Positions 17,089-27,064 of a stretch of DNA of 37,602 bases are shown piece after piece. Below the pieces are notes generated by a model, which did not search any database, was not told the origin of the DNA, and was given only the letters and a program-made list of their open reading frames with translations. Location: assembly GCA_045863855.1 (NCBI GenBank), contig BTVV01000056.1, positions 1-37,602 of the forward strand, read 5' to 3'. The stretch is from Planctomycetota bacterium. GTDB taxonomy: Bacteria; Planctomycetota; SZUA-567; H5-PLA8. The translations under genes were made by a program, and so were the position numbers. How positions within the stretch are numbered: the first letter of the stretch is position 1; every line of letters starts with the position of its first letter.

Positions 17089-17700
17089 ATGGCTCGACGT
17101 CCCGCGCGCCGCGCGGAACCAGCGCCCGCCCCCGAAGTCTTCGACGACGAAGAAGAAGTGGATGAGGAAGCTCTGATTCAGGAGCTTCAGGAAGAGGTCG
17201 AAGAAGGCGAGGAGGAAGAAGGGGAGTACGTGTCCTGTCCGATATGTTCGGGCCGGGGCGGGGCGTGCCGTTTTTGCGAAGGGTATGGGGACGTTCATCC
17301 GGACGACGTGGCCGCGATCCGCGAAGCGCACGCGGAGTCGCGGAATCGGGTGCTTTTCTTGAGTGTCGGAGGCGTACTGTTCGCCGGCGCGGCGGTGGCG
17401 GTGTTGATGGTGGTGCTGCAGCCGAACAAGCCGGAAGAAGCGGCACCGGGGCCCAGCACGCCGGCCGCGACTTCGACGAACGGCGCGGGGGGGACGGGCA
17501 GCAAACAGGCGCCGCCAACCACGCGCAGCCAGGAAGTGGCGGCGATCATCGCGGATATGGCGTTCGACTTAAAGCACGCCAAAAAGTACGACCAAGTGAT
17601 CGCGAAGGGTGAGGCGGCGCTGGGTAAGGCGCAGGATCCGATCCAGCGCGCGAATATCGAACGTATGATAGCCGAAGCGCGAAAAAAGCTTGGGCAGTGA
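17089..17700 (+). CDS. Hypothetical single-pass membrane protein with an acidic tract and a DnaJ-type Zn finger
   Basis: RBS AGGAG, D/E run, CPICSGRGGACRFCEGYG, TM segment and helical C-terminus. Confidence 0.8.
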   Translation: MARRPARRAEPAPAPEVFDDEEEVDEEALIQELQEEVEEGEEEEGEYVSCPICSGRGGACRFCEGYGDVHPDDVAAIREAHAESRNRVLFLSVGGVLFAGAAVAVLMVVLQPNKPEEAAPGPSTPAATSTNGAGGTGSKQAPPTTRSQEVAAIIADMAFDLKHAKKYDQVIAKGEAALGKAQDPIQRANIERMIAEARKKLGQ

Positions 17701-17707
17701 CCGAGTC

Positions 17708-18742
17708 ATGCATGCGCGCGCCTTTTGCCCATACTCATCGCGGCGCGGCTTGACGCTGGTGGAAGTGCTGGTGGCCGTAAGCCTGGCGCTGATTCTGATC
17801 TTCACCAGCTACCACATGTTTCAGGCGCTGACGCGTTCGGTCGGACGCGCGGAAGAAGACCGATTAATGATGGGCGGGATTCGCGCGGTGACGGAATCGC
17901 TGCAGCGCGACCTGGAATGCGCGGTGGTGAAAGCCGGCTACCGGCCCGACGGCGGCTTCAAGGCGCTGGACGGCGGACTCTTCCGGTTGCAGTGGCCGCA
18001 TGCTCCGGGCGCTGCGCCGCATTTGCGTTCGGATCATCCCGACTACGCGCGCTACCAGGACGGCCGCTGCCGGTATCTGGGCTTTTACACCTCGGGCGAC
18101 CGGGAGCGGATCGAGCGCGTGGAGTACTACTTCAATCCCGGCGAAGCGAGCGCGCTGCGGTTTAATCGTCTAGACGACGACGGCGACCAGCCCGGCGGCA
18201 CGGGAGCGCTGGTTGACGACAGCGGATCGCTGATGTTGCGCCGGGTATCGGACGCCGACTTGGCATACGACGCATGCGCGGAAGCGTTTCCCGCCGCGCC
18301 GCCGGCTCTGCAACCCGGGCCACCGTGGTTGACGGGGCATCCCGGTAACGCGGGCGGCTCGACCGGCGGAGACGACGGCACGATCCTGGTCAATGACCTT
18401 GAGGACGTGACGTTTCGCTTCCTGTACACGCGCCGCGAGCGGCCGGGCGACGCGACGACTCCGGTGGCTCCGCGCTTCGAGTACGCCGACCGCTGGCCCT
18501 TCGACGCGGAGGAGGATCTGGAGACGCCGGGCGAAGCGTCGTGGGCGGAGGACTCGACCGGCGAACGCTGGCCGCGGACCGAAGCCGGCGGGCGGCGGCC
18601 CAAAGGGCTGAGCTACCTCTGCCTGCCGTTGGCGGTGGAAGTCCGGATCGAATACTCGCGCGAAGGCATCCCCCGCGTTTATGCGCATACGATGGTCCTG
18701 CCCGGTTCGCAGTGGCATGAATTCCTGACGCGGGAAGAATAG
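17708..18742 (+). CDS. Prepilin-type N-terminal cleavage/methylation domain protein (GspJ/PilW-like)
   Basis: RRG|LTLVEVLVAVSLALILI class III signal peptide, followed by LQRDL. Confidence 0.85.
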   Translation: MHARAFCPYSSRRGLTLVEVLVAVSLALILIFTSYHMFQALTRSVGRAEEDRLMMGGIRAVTESLQRDLECAVVKAGYRPDGGFKALDGGLFRLQWPHAPGAAPHLRSDHPDYARYQDGRCRYLGFYTSGDRERIERVEYYFNPGEASALRFNRLDDDGDQPGGTGALVDDSGSLMLRRVSDADLAYDACAEAFPAAPPALQPGPPWLTGHPGNAGGSTGGDDGTILVNDLEDVTFRFLYTRRERPGDATTPVAPRFEYADRWPFDAEEDLETPGEASWAEDSTGERWPRTEAGGRRPKGLSYLCLPLAVEVRIEYSREGIPRVYAHTMVLPGSQWHEFLTREE

Positions 18743-18747
18743 GCCGC

Positions 18748-19695
18748 ATGCTGCTGCTCATCCAAGATCCCTGCTTCGATCTTCATATTACGCCGGCGGG
18801 GCATCCGGAACGCCCCGAGCGGACGGCTGCTATTCGAGCCGCGTTATCCGCAGCCACTTTATCCAATTTACAAGTGCGTGAGGAGGTTCCGCGCGCGGCA
18901 ACGCCTGAAGAGTTAATGCGGGTACATGCACCGGAGTACGTGGAGCGATTGCGCGAGTTCTGCGCCGCGGGCGGCGGGATGCTCGACGCGGACACGCACG
19001 CGTGTCGGGAATCGTTCGAAGTGGCTTCGCGCGCTTCGGGCGCGGCCGTTCAGGCGGCAGAGCATCTGCTGAGCGGCGCGGGTCGGACGGCGTTCTGCGC
19101 GGTGCGGCCGCCGGGACATCACGCGGGCCGTGCGTACGCGATGGGCTTCTGTCTCTTCAACCACGCGGCGGTAGCGGCGGCGCACCTGCGAGCGCGCGAT
19201 CCCGAAGCGCGGGTGCTGATCGTGGATTGGGATCTCCATCACGGTAACGGGACGCAGGATATTTTTTACTCCGATCCGAACGTCTTCTATTTTTCGATGC
19301 ACCGTTTTCCGTTCTGGCCCGGTACGGGCAGCGCGGCGGAAATTGGCGCTGGTGCCGGTGTTGGGGCCACGTGGAATGTGCCCCTGGAAGCTGGCGCGAG
19401 CCGTGCCCGAATTCGGGAAGCATTCGACGCAGGCTTGAAGACGATTGCGGATCGTTTTCAACCCACTTGGCTGGTGATCTCGGCGGGCTTCGACATGCAC
19501 CGCACCGACCCACTTGGAGGTCTGAGTTTAGAAGCCGAAGACTATGCAACGATGACCAAGGCCTTGGGCGAACAGTACATGAATCGAGGCGTGCGCGGTG
19601 TCGTCTCGGTGTTAGAAGGTGGCTACGCCCTGGAAGGTTTGGCGCAATCGGCGATGGCTCATGTTAAGTCGTTGATGGATTTTGAGTTAAAATAG
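18748..19695 (+). CDS. Histone deacetylase-family (Zn-dependent amidohydrolase) protein
   Basis: HPERPER, RPPGHHA, GFCLFN, DWDLHHGNGTQ, SAGFD and LEGGY motifs. Confidence 0.95.
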   Translation: MLLLIQDPCFDLHITPAGHPERPERTAAIRAALSAATLSNLQVREEVPRAATPEELMRVHAPEYVERLREFCAAGGGMLDADTHACRESFEVASRASGAAVQAAEHLLSGAGRTAFCAVRPPGHHAGRAYAMGFCLFNHAAVAAAHLRARDPEARVLIVDWDLHHGNGTQDIFYSDPNVFYFSMHRFPFWPGTGSAAEIGAGAGVGATWNVPLEAGASRARIREAFDAGLKTIADRFQPTWLVISAGFDMHRTDPLGGLSLEAEDYATMTKALGEQYMNRGVRGVVSVLEGGYALEGLAQSAMAHVKSLMDFELK

Positions 19696-19783
19696 AGAAA
19701 GTGGTATAAAAGAAAGCCAAGCCGACTCAAGCTGCTACCTTAATAATGCGTCCGTATAGAAGAGCTGCACGCTTACGTTTAGG

Positions 19784-19811
19784 TTGAACAAGTGCATTCT
19801 GGACCTAGAAT
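19784..19811 (+). promoter_or_regulatory. Candidate sigma70 promoter of the giant envelope gene
   Basis: TTGAAC-16 nt-TAGAAT, with the inverted repeat CATTCT-6-AGAATG over the -10. Confidence 0.45.
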
Positions 19812-19877
19812 GATTGGGCGGCATGCCTTCGCAATGTGCAGAGCTCTGCTTGTTGGACTTCTAAGTGGCGGGCATCC

Positions 19878-22800
19878 ATGACGCAGTTCTTATTTACGTG
19901 TCCTCAAGGCAAGTTCACGATCCCCAGCGGCGAGAGCCGGATCGGAAGCGATTCGACGTGCCCGGTCTGCGTGCAGGGCGAGGGGATTTTGCCGGTTCAC
20001 GCGTACTTGAAGGTCGACGGCGAGACGCTGCTGATTCGACCGAGTTCGGACAAGGCGCCGGTTTCGGTGGACGGCAAGCCGGTAACGGGTCCGCAGACGG
20101 TGCAGGTGGGGCAGTTGCTCGGGTTAGGCGCGCTGACGCTGCGCGTGGAGAACGGATCGTCGGCCGAAGCGCCGATGTCGCAGCGTGCGTGGTACCGGCG
20201 CGTCTTGAAAATCGGCGCCGGCGTCGGCGGTGCACTGGCGCTGCTGGTGGTGCTGGCGGTGGTGCTGCGCTACGTCTGGTTCAACGAGAGTTTCTGGCGT
20301 GAGCACTTGCAGGCGCAACTCGAGTCGGGGCTGTTACGCGAAGACGCGGAAGTGGGCGAGGTCCGCGTCAGCTACCTGCAGGGCGAAGTCGAGATTCGCA
20401 AGATCGCGGTCCCCAACAAGGAAGCGTTCAGCGACGAGAAGTATCTGCTGCGGGTGGAGCGGATTCATCTTTCTCTGGAACCTTGGGCGCTGCTGCGCAG
20501 CTTGGGCGGCGAGATTCGCGCGGCGAAGGTGACGATCGAACATCCGGAGATTCTGCTGGAACGAACCAGCCGTAACGGAAAACCGGTCAGCAACATCGAA
20601 GACATCCTGAAGCATTTCCTGAGCGGTCCGAGTTCCGAGGGCCCGCTCCAACTTCCGCTTACGGCCCTCGACGCGGAGGTGAATCTGACGGGCGGGCTGG
20701 TTCGCGTGCGCGACGGCTACACCGAACTGGGCGAAAGCTCGCTGCAAGACCTGGCGCTCAGCCTGACGCTGCCGGGCTTCGACTCGAATCTCGGGTACAC
20801 CCTGTCGGCCAAGACCGTGGCGAGCGGCGGTAAATCGCCGGGTTCGATCGGGCTGAAAGGCGAGATGAAGCTCTTCTCCGGTCCGGGCCTGTTGGATACC
20901 GAGAAGGTAGGGCCGGGAAAGGTGGCTTTGGACCTTCAGGAATTCGACCTCGCGCGGCTTTTCAGCCATCTGGAATGGTCGTTCCCGGTAAATGTCGAAG
21001 GCGTGGCGTTGCAAGTGGTGCCGGGCAAGCCGGTGACGGGCGCGTTCCAGGTCGAGTTCAGTTCGATGAAGCGTTTTTCGCTCACGGGGCAAGCGCGCAG
21101 CGAGAGTCTGGTTTCGGTGCTCGAAAAGGGCCGCGCGCCTCTGGGACAGGTGCCGTCGCTGCTGGACTTGAAGCTGGAATACGACGCCGAGCGCGGACCG
21201 GTGGAGGTGGTTACGAATCTGGTGAGCGTGCCGCAAGGACAGCAGGCCGGCGGCGACGGCGCGCTCAAGATCGTGAAGCTGCATATGGAAGGCAAGCAGG
21301 ATCCTGCGGGCGGTTATCGCTATTTCGTCGAGCTGGACACGCTGCTTCAGGAACTTTGCGCAACGGATGTGGGCGAGCGGCTGGGCTTGAAGGGCCGCTT
21401 GAAGGGCCGGCTGAAGGGCAGTGCCAACCTCGTGCGACGTCTGGAAGCGAACGGGCAACTTGGGCAATTGGAAATCGACGCGAATCTGGAACAGGACGGC
21501 GAGGTACTGGTGGATCCGGCGCTGAACGTTTGGCAATCGGCGAAATTGAGTGCGGGGCTGCTGGCGACGGCGAAGCCGAACGAGGGCGGACAGATTTCCG
21601 AACTGCAGGCGAACTTTAACGCCAAGGCGCCGTCGTTCGAGGCGCGCAGTCTCGAACCGCACGTGACGGTGAAGTCGCTGGATAAGCCCAGCGAACTTTC
21701 GATCAACGCGCATTCGAGTTTGAAGCTGAACGGGCGGGAGTTCTGGCGCGAGTTCTCGCCGCTCCTGAAGCTGCTCAGTCTGGACCAGCCGATCGAGGAG
21801 ATCTTCGACCTTAAAGTGCTGGCGACGTCAGAGCTGGCGGACGCGGGCGAAGGGCTGGCCCGGCGCAAGATCAGCCTTGGCGCGCGCGGGACGATGCGCC
21901 GGCAATGGAAGGAAGATCCGAAGCCGCAGGAAGTCGTCTGTCTGGTGGAGCATTTCCCGGAAGTGTTTGTGTCGTATGCGAGCGCGCCTGTTCCGAAGGG
22001 CGACGGGACGCCGCCGTACTTGAAGCTGCGCCTGCGTGCGGAAGGGCAGGGGACGCCGGAGCAGGAAGCGGCCGGTCACAAACCCAACGTCGTGGACTTG
22101 AAGAACGTGGCGATTTATCAGGACGGCCCGCGGCTGCGGCTGGATGTGCCGGCTTTCGAAGTCGAGGCGAATCTGGAAGACCTGCGCGAACGCTTTCAGC
22201 CGTACATCGAGCGCCTCGCGGCGTGGCTGGGTTCGGATTTTCACAAAACCTACGCGTTTACGGGCGATCTGAAGCAGACGGGCAGTTTGAATATCGTTCG
22301 CGATACACGTACGGCGGAACGTCCGACGCCGCGCATCGGCGTGAATTTCGATCTGGGCTTGAAAGGACGTTCGCTGAAGCTGAGCGGCCCGCGGCCGGGC
22401 GGTTCGGCGGGCGATATCTTCGCGTGGAGCGAGCCGGAGTTCGAGTTCCACCTGAAAGGCGCGTACGAAGAGCAGGCCGCGGCAAGCAAGGAAGAGTTGG
22501 GTCTGCGGCGGCTGGAGATCGAGCGCTTCGCCTTCGACAAGGGGCGGCTGGGCGCCTTCGCGCTGGAAGTACGCGGGGTGGATCTGGCGCTGTTGCAGTT
22601 CCTTTCCGGCGGGAAAGCGCTGGCCGGGCGGACCTGGACCGACGGCCTGGAAGCGTTCAAGTTTCAGGGAACGGTGGCTCCTGGTGCGTTCGAGTTTTTG
22701 CGCACGCTGAAGGTGATTCCGCCCGCGCCGGCCTACGCGGGGAAGCTGGAATTGAACGTCGACTTCGCGCGGCGCGAGGATCGCATCAAGCTGGAGCGGC

Positions 22801-25800
22801 TGGTCTTCCAGGACGCCACGCCGGAAGGCGAAGGCGCATGGCTGAAAGATGTGAACCTGACGGGCGAATTGCGCCAGATTCGCGGCTTGTTTGGGACCGG
22901 CGAGAACGGTCAACTCCTGCCGTTTCATCACCTGGGCCAGCATCTGGTGCTGCGCTCGCTGCACGTGGACATGCCGGCGCTGGTGCGCTGGATCGAAAAG
23001 CAGCCCGAGCAAGCGTCGGCATGGCACGTACCGGAGGGGCTCGCAGCGCTGGTGCGTTCGAAGCAGCTCGTGCCCAAAGGTGAGTGGAGCGTGGAAAACC
23101 TGGCGCTGCTGCCGTCGCAGAACAAGGAGCGCTCTTGGAATCTGGTAGGCGCGTTCCGGCACGATTTGCGCATGTCGCTGCCGCCCTTGAGCGGAGCGAA
23201 GCCCGCGGAATTGATCTTCGAAGGACCGTGGCGGATCGACGAAGCGCGCGCGGCGGGCATCACCTTCAGCGAGGACTTCAAGAGTTTCTCGGTGGATGTT
23301 GGCGTGAATTTCGACGAAGCCGACGTGGGTCTGAAGGGCTTTTTTCCCGATTACGATTACGCGAAGGCGCCCAAAAAGCCGCTGCGCCTGAATCTGGAAG
23401 GCTTGTCGCGTTCGGCGGGCGGCCCCGGCACGCCGACCTTGATGCAATTGACGGCGTTGAAGGTCGAAGGCGGTCCGGCGCCGATCGAGGCGGCGGACGT
23501 GCACGTCAAGACCATCGCAGGAGCGGATGGCGAAGAACTGCTTGAGGTGCGCGCAGGCGAAGCGACGGTGCTGGGCGGTCCGTGGCCGGGCTCGGTTCAG
23601 AAGCTGTTCTACGATGCCAAGGAAGAGGCGGTGGCCGGCACGCTGCTGGCCCCTTCGCTGGATCTGACCCGGCTGGCTGCGCTCATTCCGCCGAGCCCGT
23701 TGCAGCAGAAGCTGGCGTTTTCCGGCACCATCGAGAGTGCGGTGGTGGAGGTTTCATCGACGCTGGAGCGCTTGCAGTGGCTGACGCTGACGCCGGCGCG
23801 CGATAAGTTGTCCATCCGCGGAAACCTGAAGGACGTCACCCTGACCGGGCGTCCCGCGGCCAACGAACAGCTCGATTTGTTTCTGAACGGCGAGTGTTTG
23901 CTGGACTTGCAGCGGCTGAGCACGCCGGCGCTCACGGTGGCCATCCGCCATGCCGCACCTTCGAAGCCGGGTGAAGTACCCAAGGCTGCCATTCACAGGC
24001 TGACGCTGAGCGGGTTCGAGGTTACTCCGGCGGCGGCCGGCGGGAACTTGCCCGAAGCGCTCTTGCAGGCCCAGAATCTGCTGGGCGATCAGGTGGGTGT
24101 CCTGCGCATCAAGCTGCCGGTGGTATTCGAAACGCCGGTAAAGGTGGACGATCTGCTGGCCGTGGCTGAGACGGCGAAGCGTCTGTTCGTGGCTCCTGGC
24201 GAAAACCCCGTACCTCCGCCTGTGGCCGAAGCGCCGATTGGGAGCGCGCTGGCTCCGTTTATTATTGAAGGATCGTTGACAGCGCCCAGCCTCGATACAG
24301 GCGGCGATATACTGGAGAACCTCGAGATTCCCGCATTCACGATCAAGGATCAAGTGTTCGTGCCTGCGCTGCTGACCGCGGGATTGGCGGGGGCGAAGCT
24401 GACCGTCAAGGAAGGGCGCTACGACCTGACCGGGACGCGGATCAAGCACACGCAGCGCATCGAACTGGCGGACGCGGACTTGGGGCGCTTGCTGGGAACC
24501 GATGGCAAATTTGAAGCGGCGAAGGGCTATCTCGTCCGCGGCAAGGTCAGCGTGGCAGGCCAGGTGAGCGGCACGGACGTAAGTCCGCAGCCGGACTGGA
24601 TGGGCGGATTGGAAGTTTCGCTGGCCGATCTGGTGGCCGAACAGCCGGGAGCGGCGAGTGCGCCGAAATCGAGCGGCGGTATGCTGGGCATCTTCAAAGA
24701 TAAGCTGCTGGGCCCGGCCGTGCAGCAATTTTCCGGGCTCAAGGAGCTTCCGTTCGCGGAGCTGTCCAAAGCTCTGCCCTTCGCATCGGAAGGCCAGAGT
24801 TGGCTGAACTACGGCATGTTCGGGATGCAGATGTATCTCGGCGGCCTGGGTTTCGACATGACCCGGCTTGAATTCGAACCGACGCGGATCGTGATCCAGA
24901 TCGACAAGGGCGTGGCGGATGTACGGCAGAGCAAGCTGGTGGGCAAGGGCCCCTCGGCGGGTTTAGCGTTGGCGTTCAAGGGCCGCTTGCGGCTGTACGA
25001 CCGGAACTTCGACGACCGCTTCGAGGTCTGGCCAACCGGGCTACCGCAGGGCGCGCTCGATAATCTGCACGTGGACCGTTGGCCGGCGGACGTGAAAGCG
25101 CGCTTCCTGGCCGAACTGGCCGACGGCGGGTTCGTCATGACGCTGACCGGGAATGCGAATGCGCCTTCGATCAAGTATCCGCAGGATAAGATCGTGCGGT
25201 ACATCGGCCAAGCCTTCCTGAACAAGGACCGCGTAACAACCGAAGCGGAGTTGCAGGATGGCTTGCAGTTCGCTAAGCGAACATGGGGCGCCACGGATCA
25301 AGGTCAGTTGGCGTTGGGCGAGTTGTTGAACCGCGTAGGTTTCCCGCTACCGGGCACTCAAGCGGCGCAAAAGCAAGGCGGTGATTTTTTCTCCTCGGTG
25401 TTGGGTTCGCGATCGCCCTCGAGCATTCTTTCGCCCTTATCGGGGGCGAAGGGGCTGAGTACGCAGGAGGCGCTGGATAAGTTGATGGCTCCTCCCGGGA
25501 CGACGCCTCCGCCGCGACCGAAGCAGCCGGAGGAAGCATTGCCTCCGCCTCCGCCGCCCCAGGAGCGGCCGCCGGTTCCGCCGAAAGAACCGGTTCCGCC
25601 GAAGGAGCCCGAACCGCAGCCAAGGAGGCAGCCGAAAGAGCCTGCGCCTCCGCCTCCTCCGCCGCAAGAGCCCGCGCCGACGCCGAAGCGCGAGCCCGTG
25701 GCGTCGAAGACCGAAGCCTCGAAGAGTACCCATACGCCTCGAGCGTCCAAGACGGAGGCGGCGCCTCCGCCGCCGGAAACGCCCGCGGACCCGGCCGAAG

Positions 25801-25880
25801 AACCGGAGCCGGACGTGGGTCCGTATCGGGACGAATTCAAAAAGCTGGACGAGATGCGAGCCCGCACGCTCAAGGAGTAG
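19878..25880 (+). CDS. ~2000-aa membrane-anchored protein: FHA-like domain, TM, AsmA-like beta-rich body, Pro-rich tail
   Basis: IGSDSTCPVCVQGEGILPVHA...VSVDG (FHA-like), a TM helix, an AsmA-N-like segment (LLRVERIHLSLEPWALL...TIEHPEILLER...SNIEDIL), alternating beta patterns and a C-terminal LTGNANAPSI. ATG at 19878 is preferred over the GTG at 19836. Confidence 0.7.
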   Translation: MTQFLFTCPQGKFTIPSGESRIGSDSTCPVCVQGEGILPVHAYLKVDGETLLIRPSSDKAPVSVDGKPVTGPQTVQVGQLLGLGALTLRVENGSSAEAPMSQRAWYRRVLKIGAGVGGALALLVVLAVVLRYVWFNESFWREHLQAQLESGLLREDAEVGEVRVSYLQGEVEIRKIAVPNKEAFSDEKYLLRVERIHLSLEPWALLRSLGGEIRAAKVTIEHPEILLERTSRNGKPVSNIEDILKHFLSGPSSEGPLQLPLTALDAEVNLTGGLVRVRDGYTELGESSLQDLALSLTLPGFDSNLGYTLSAKTVASGGKSPGSIGLKGEMKLFSGPGLLDTEKVGPGKVALDLQEFDLARLFSHLEWSFPVNVEGVALQVVPGKPVTGAFQVEFSSMKRFSLTGQARSESLVSVLEKGRAPLGQVPSLLDLKLEYDAERGPVEVVTNLVSVPQGQQAGGDGALKIVKLHMEGKQDPAGGYRYFVELDTLLQELCATDVGERLGLKGRLKGRLKGSANLVRRLEANGQLGQLEIDANLEQDGEVLVDPALNVWQSAKLSAGLLATAKPNEGGQISELQANFNAKAPSFEARSLEPHVTVKSLDKPSELSINAHSSLKLNGREFWREFSPLLKLLSLDQPIEEIFDLKVLATSELADAGEGLARRKISLGARGTMRRQWKEDPKPQEVVCLVEHFPEVFVSYASAPVPKGDGTPPYLKLRLRAEGQGTPEQEAAGHKPNVVDLKNVAIYQDGPRLRLDVPAFEVEANLEDLRERFQPYIERLAAWLGSDFHKTYAFTGDLKQTGSLNIVRDTRTAERPTPRIGVNFDLGLKGRSLKLSGPRPGGSAGDIFAWSEPEFEFHLKGAYEEQAAASKEELGLRRLEIERFAFDKGRLGAFALEVRGVDLALLQFLSGGKALAGRTWTDGLEAFKFQGTVAPGAFEFLRTLKVIPPAPAYAGKLELNVDFARREDRIKLERLVFQDATPEGEGAWLKDVNLTGELRQIRGLFGTGENGQLLPFHHLGQHLVLRSLHVDMPALVRWIEKQPEQASAWHVPEGLAALVRSKQLVPKGEWSVENLALLPSQNKERSWNLVGAFRHDLRMSLPPLSGAKPAELIFEGPWRIDEARAAGITFSEDFKSFSVDVGVNFDEADVGLKGFFPDYDYAKAPKKPLRLNLEGLSRSAGGPGTPTLMQLTALKVEGGPAPIEAADVHVKTIAGADGEELLEVRAGEATVLGGPWPGSVQKLFYDAKEEAVAGTLLAPSLDLTRLAALIPPSPLQQKLAFSGTIESAVVEVSSTLERLQWLTLTPARDKLSIRGNLKDVTLTGRPAANEQLDLFLNGECLLDLQRLSTPALTVAIRHAAPSKPGEVPKAAIHRLTLSGFEVTPAAAGGNLPEALLQAQNLLGDQVGVLRIKLPVVFETPVKVDDLLAVAETAKRLFVAPGENPVPPPVAEAPIGSALAPFIIEGSLTAPSLDTGGDILENLEIPAFTIKDQVFVPALLTAGLAGAKLTVKEGRYDLTGTRIKHTQRIELADADLGRLLGTDGKFEAAKGYLVRGKVSVAGQVSGTDVSPQPDWMGGLEVSLADLVAEQPGAASAPKSSGGMLGIFKDKLLGPAVQQFSGLKELPFAELSKALPFASEGQSWLNYGMFGMQMYLGGLGFDMTRLEFEPTRIVIQIDKGVADVRQSKLVGKGPSAGLALAFKGRLRLYDRNFDDRFEVWPTGLPQGALDNLHVDRWPADVKARFLAELADGGFVMTLTGNANAPSIKYPQDKIVRYIGQAFLNKDRVTTEAELQDGLQFAKRTWGATDQGQLALGELLNRVGFPLPGTQAAQKQGGDFFSSVLGSRSPSSILSPLSGAKGLSTQEALDKLMAPPGTTPPPRPKQPEEALPPPPPPQERPPVPPKEPVPPKEPEPQPRRQPKEPAPPPPPPQEPAPTPKREPVASKTEASKSTHTPRASKTEAAPPPPETPADPAEEPEPDVGPYRDEFKKLDEMRARTLKE

Positions 25881-25882
25881 GC

Positions 25883-27022
25883 ATGCGCGTTCGTCTGCGA
25901 GCGCCGATCGTATTGTGGGCGGTCTGCTGGACCGTGCTGCTGTTTCCGCACAGAGCGCGCGCGGGCGCGGAATCGCCGCTGCCGCGGCCGGAAAGCACGG
26001 ATCCGGGCGAGTACGCCAACCAGCCGGCCCTGCGTGTGAACACCGAAACGATCAGCGTTCGCGAGATCGAACGTCTGTTCCTGGACGCGCTGGAGACGCT
26101 GGTCTCGAAGCGCGAGAAGGGCGAATTGAAGTCGGCCGATTGGCCGGGCGCGGTGAAGCAGGCGTGGAATGAAGCGTTGCAAACGTCGATCCAGGATGCG
26201 CTGCTGGACCAGATGGGGCGCCAGTTGCGCCGTCAGATTATCGCGTCGGTGGTAAACCGCGCGCATCCGGGCGTGCCGACGGACCGGATCGTGGATCGCT
26301 TCGAGCGCTTGGAAGACGACGAATTGCGCCGGCTGAAGCGGGAGATGATCGCCGAGGCGGGCGGGGAAGAAGAATTGCGCGCGGCGCTGAAGCGCAAGGG
26401 ACGCAGCTTCGACGAGTGGGAACGCGACCTGCGCGTCGAGTTGTTTCGGCGCTACGTGCTGTACGAAAGCGTGGGGCCGATTCCGTTTTCGCCTCGAACC
26501 GCGCGGGAATACTACGACGCGCATCCCGATAAGTTCAGCATCCCGGATGGATGGAACCTGCGGCGCATCCGCGTGCCGAAGGATAAGTTCTCCAACCGCG
26601 ACGGTGCGCTGCAGGCGGTCCGAATGGTGCACGAGAAGCTGAAGGAAGGATTCGATTTCGGGCAGCTCGCCTTGAAGCTGGGCTACGATCCGGTGCACGA
26701 TCCGTTCGGCGGAACGCTGCTGGTGGACGGCAAGTCGGGCTGGCCGAGCGGGAACTTCCCGGCGGAGGAAGGGATCGCGCGGAAACTGAAAGACGGCGAG
26801 TTTTCGGAACCCGAAGAGTTGGCGGAAGCCTTCGTGATCGTGAAGCGCGAGTCGTACCGCCCGGCCGAGAAGCAGCCGTTCGAGGAAGCCGCGGAGCGCG
26901 CCGCGGTGCTGTCGTTCGCCGATAAGGTGAAGGAGAAGAAGCAGGCGTTCTTCGAGAAGCAGAAGCGCGAGAGTTATATCGAGATTCTGGCGAAAGATCC
27001 GCCGAAGCGGTGGTTGCCTTAA
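25883..27022 (+). CDS. SurA-like / parvulin-type peptidyl-prolyl isomerase
   Basis: Signal peptide, RVNTETISVREI, REYYDAHPDKFS, DFGQLALKLGYD...GG and LKDGEFSEP motifs. Confidence 0.8.
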   Translation: MRVRLRAPIVLWAVCWTVLLFPHRARAGAESPLPRPESTDPGEYANQPALRVNTETISVREIERLFLDALETLVSKREKGELKSADWPGAVKQAWNEALQTSIQDALLDQMGRQLRRQIIASVVNRAHPGVPTDRIVDRFERLEDDELRRLKREMIAEAGGEEELRAALKRKGRSFDEWERDLRVELFRRYVLYESVGPIPFSPRTAREYYDAHPDKFSIPDGWNLRRIRVPKDKFSNRDGALQAVRMVHEKLKEGFDFGQLALKLGYDPVHDPFGGTLLVDGKSGWPSGNFPAEEGIARKLKDGEFSEPEELAEAFVIVKRESYRPAEKQPFEEAAERAAVLSFADKVKEKKQAFFEKQKRESYIEILAKDPPKRWLP

Positions 27023-27064
27023 ACGCGACCGGATCGCGCGCAAGCCAATGCCCGACCCCATCGA

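Noticed and set aside
16981..17331. N-terminal extension of the nucleotidyltransferase ORF (570 aa)
   Set aside because: It overlaps the divergent gene at 17089 and its Phe/Leu run is the antisense of the acidic tract. Family similarity begins near 16980.
20334..27061. Long minus-strand and alternate-frame ORFs over the giant gene and the PPIase gene
   Set aside because: These are stop-poor shadow frames typical of high-GC DNA, with no motifs or RBS.
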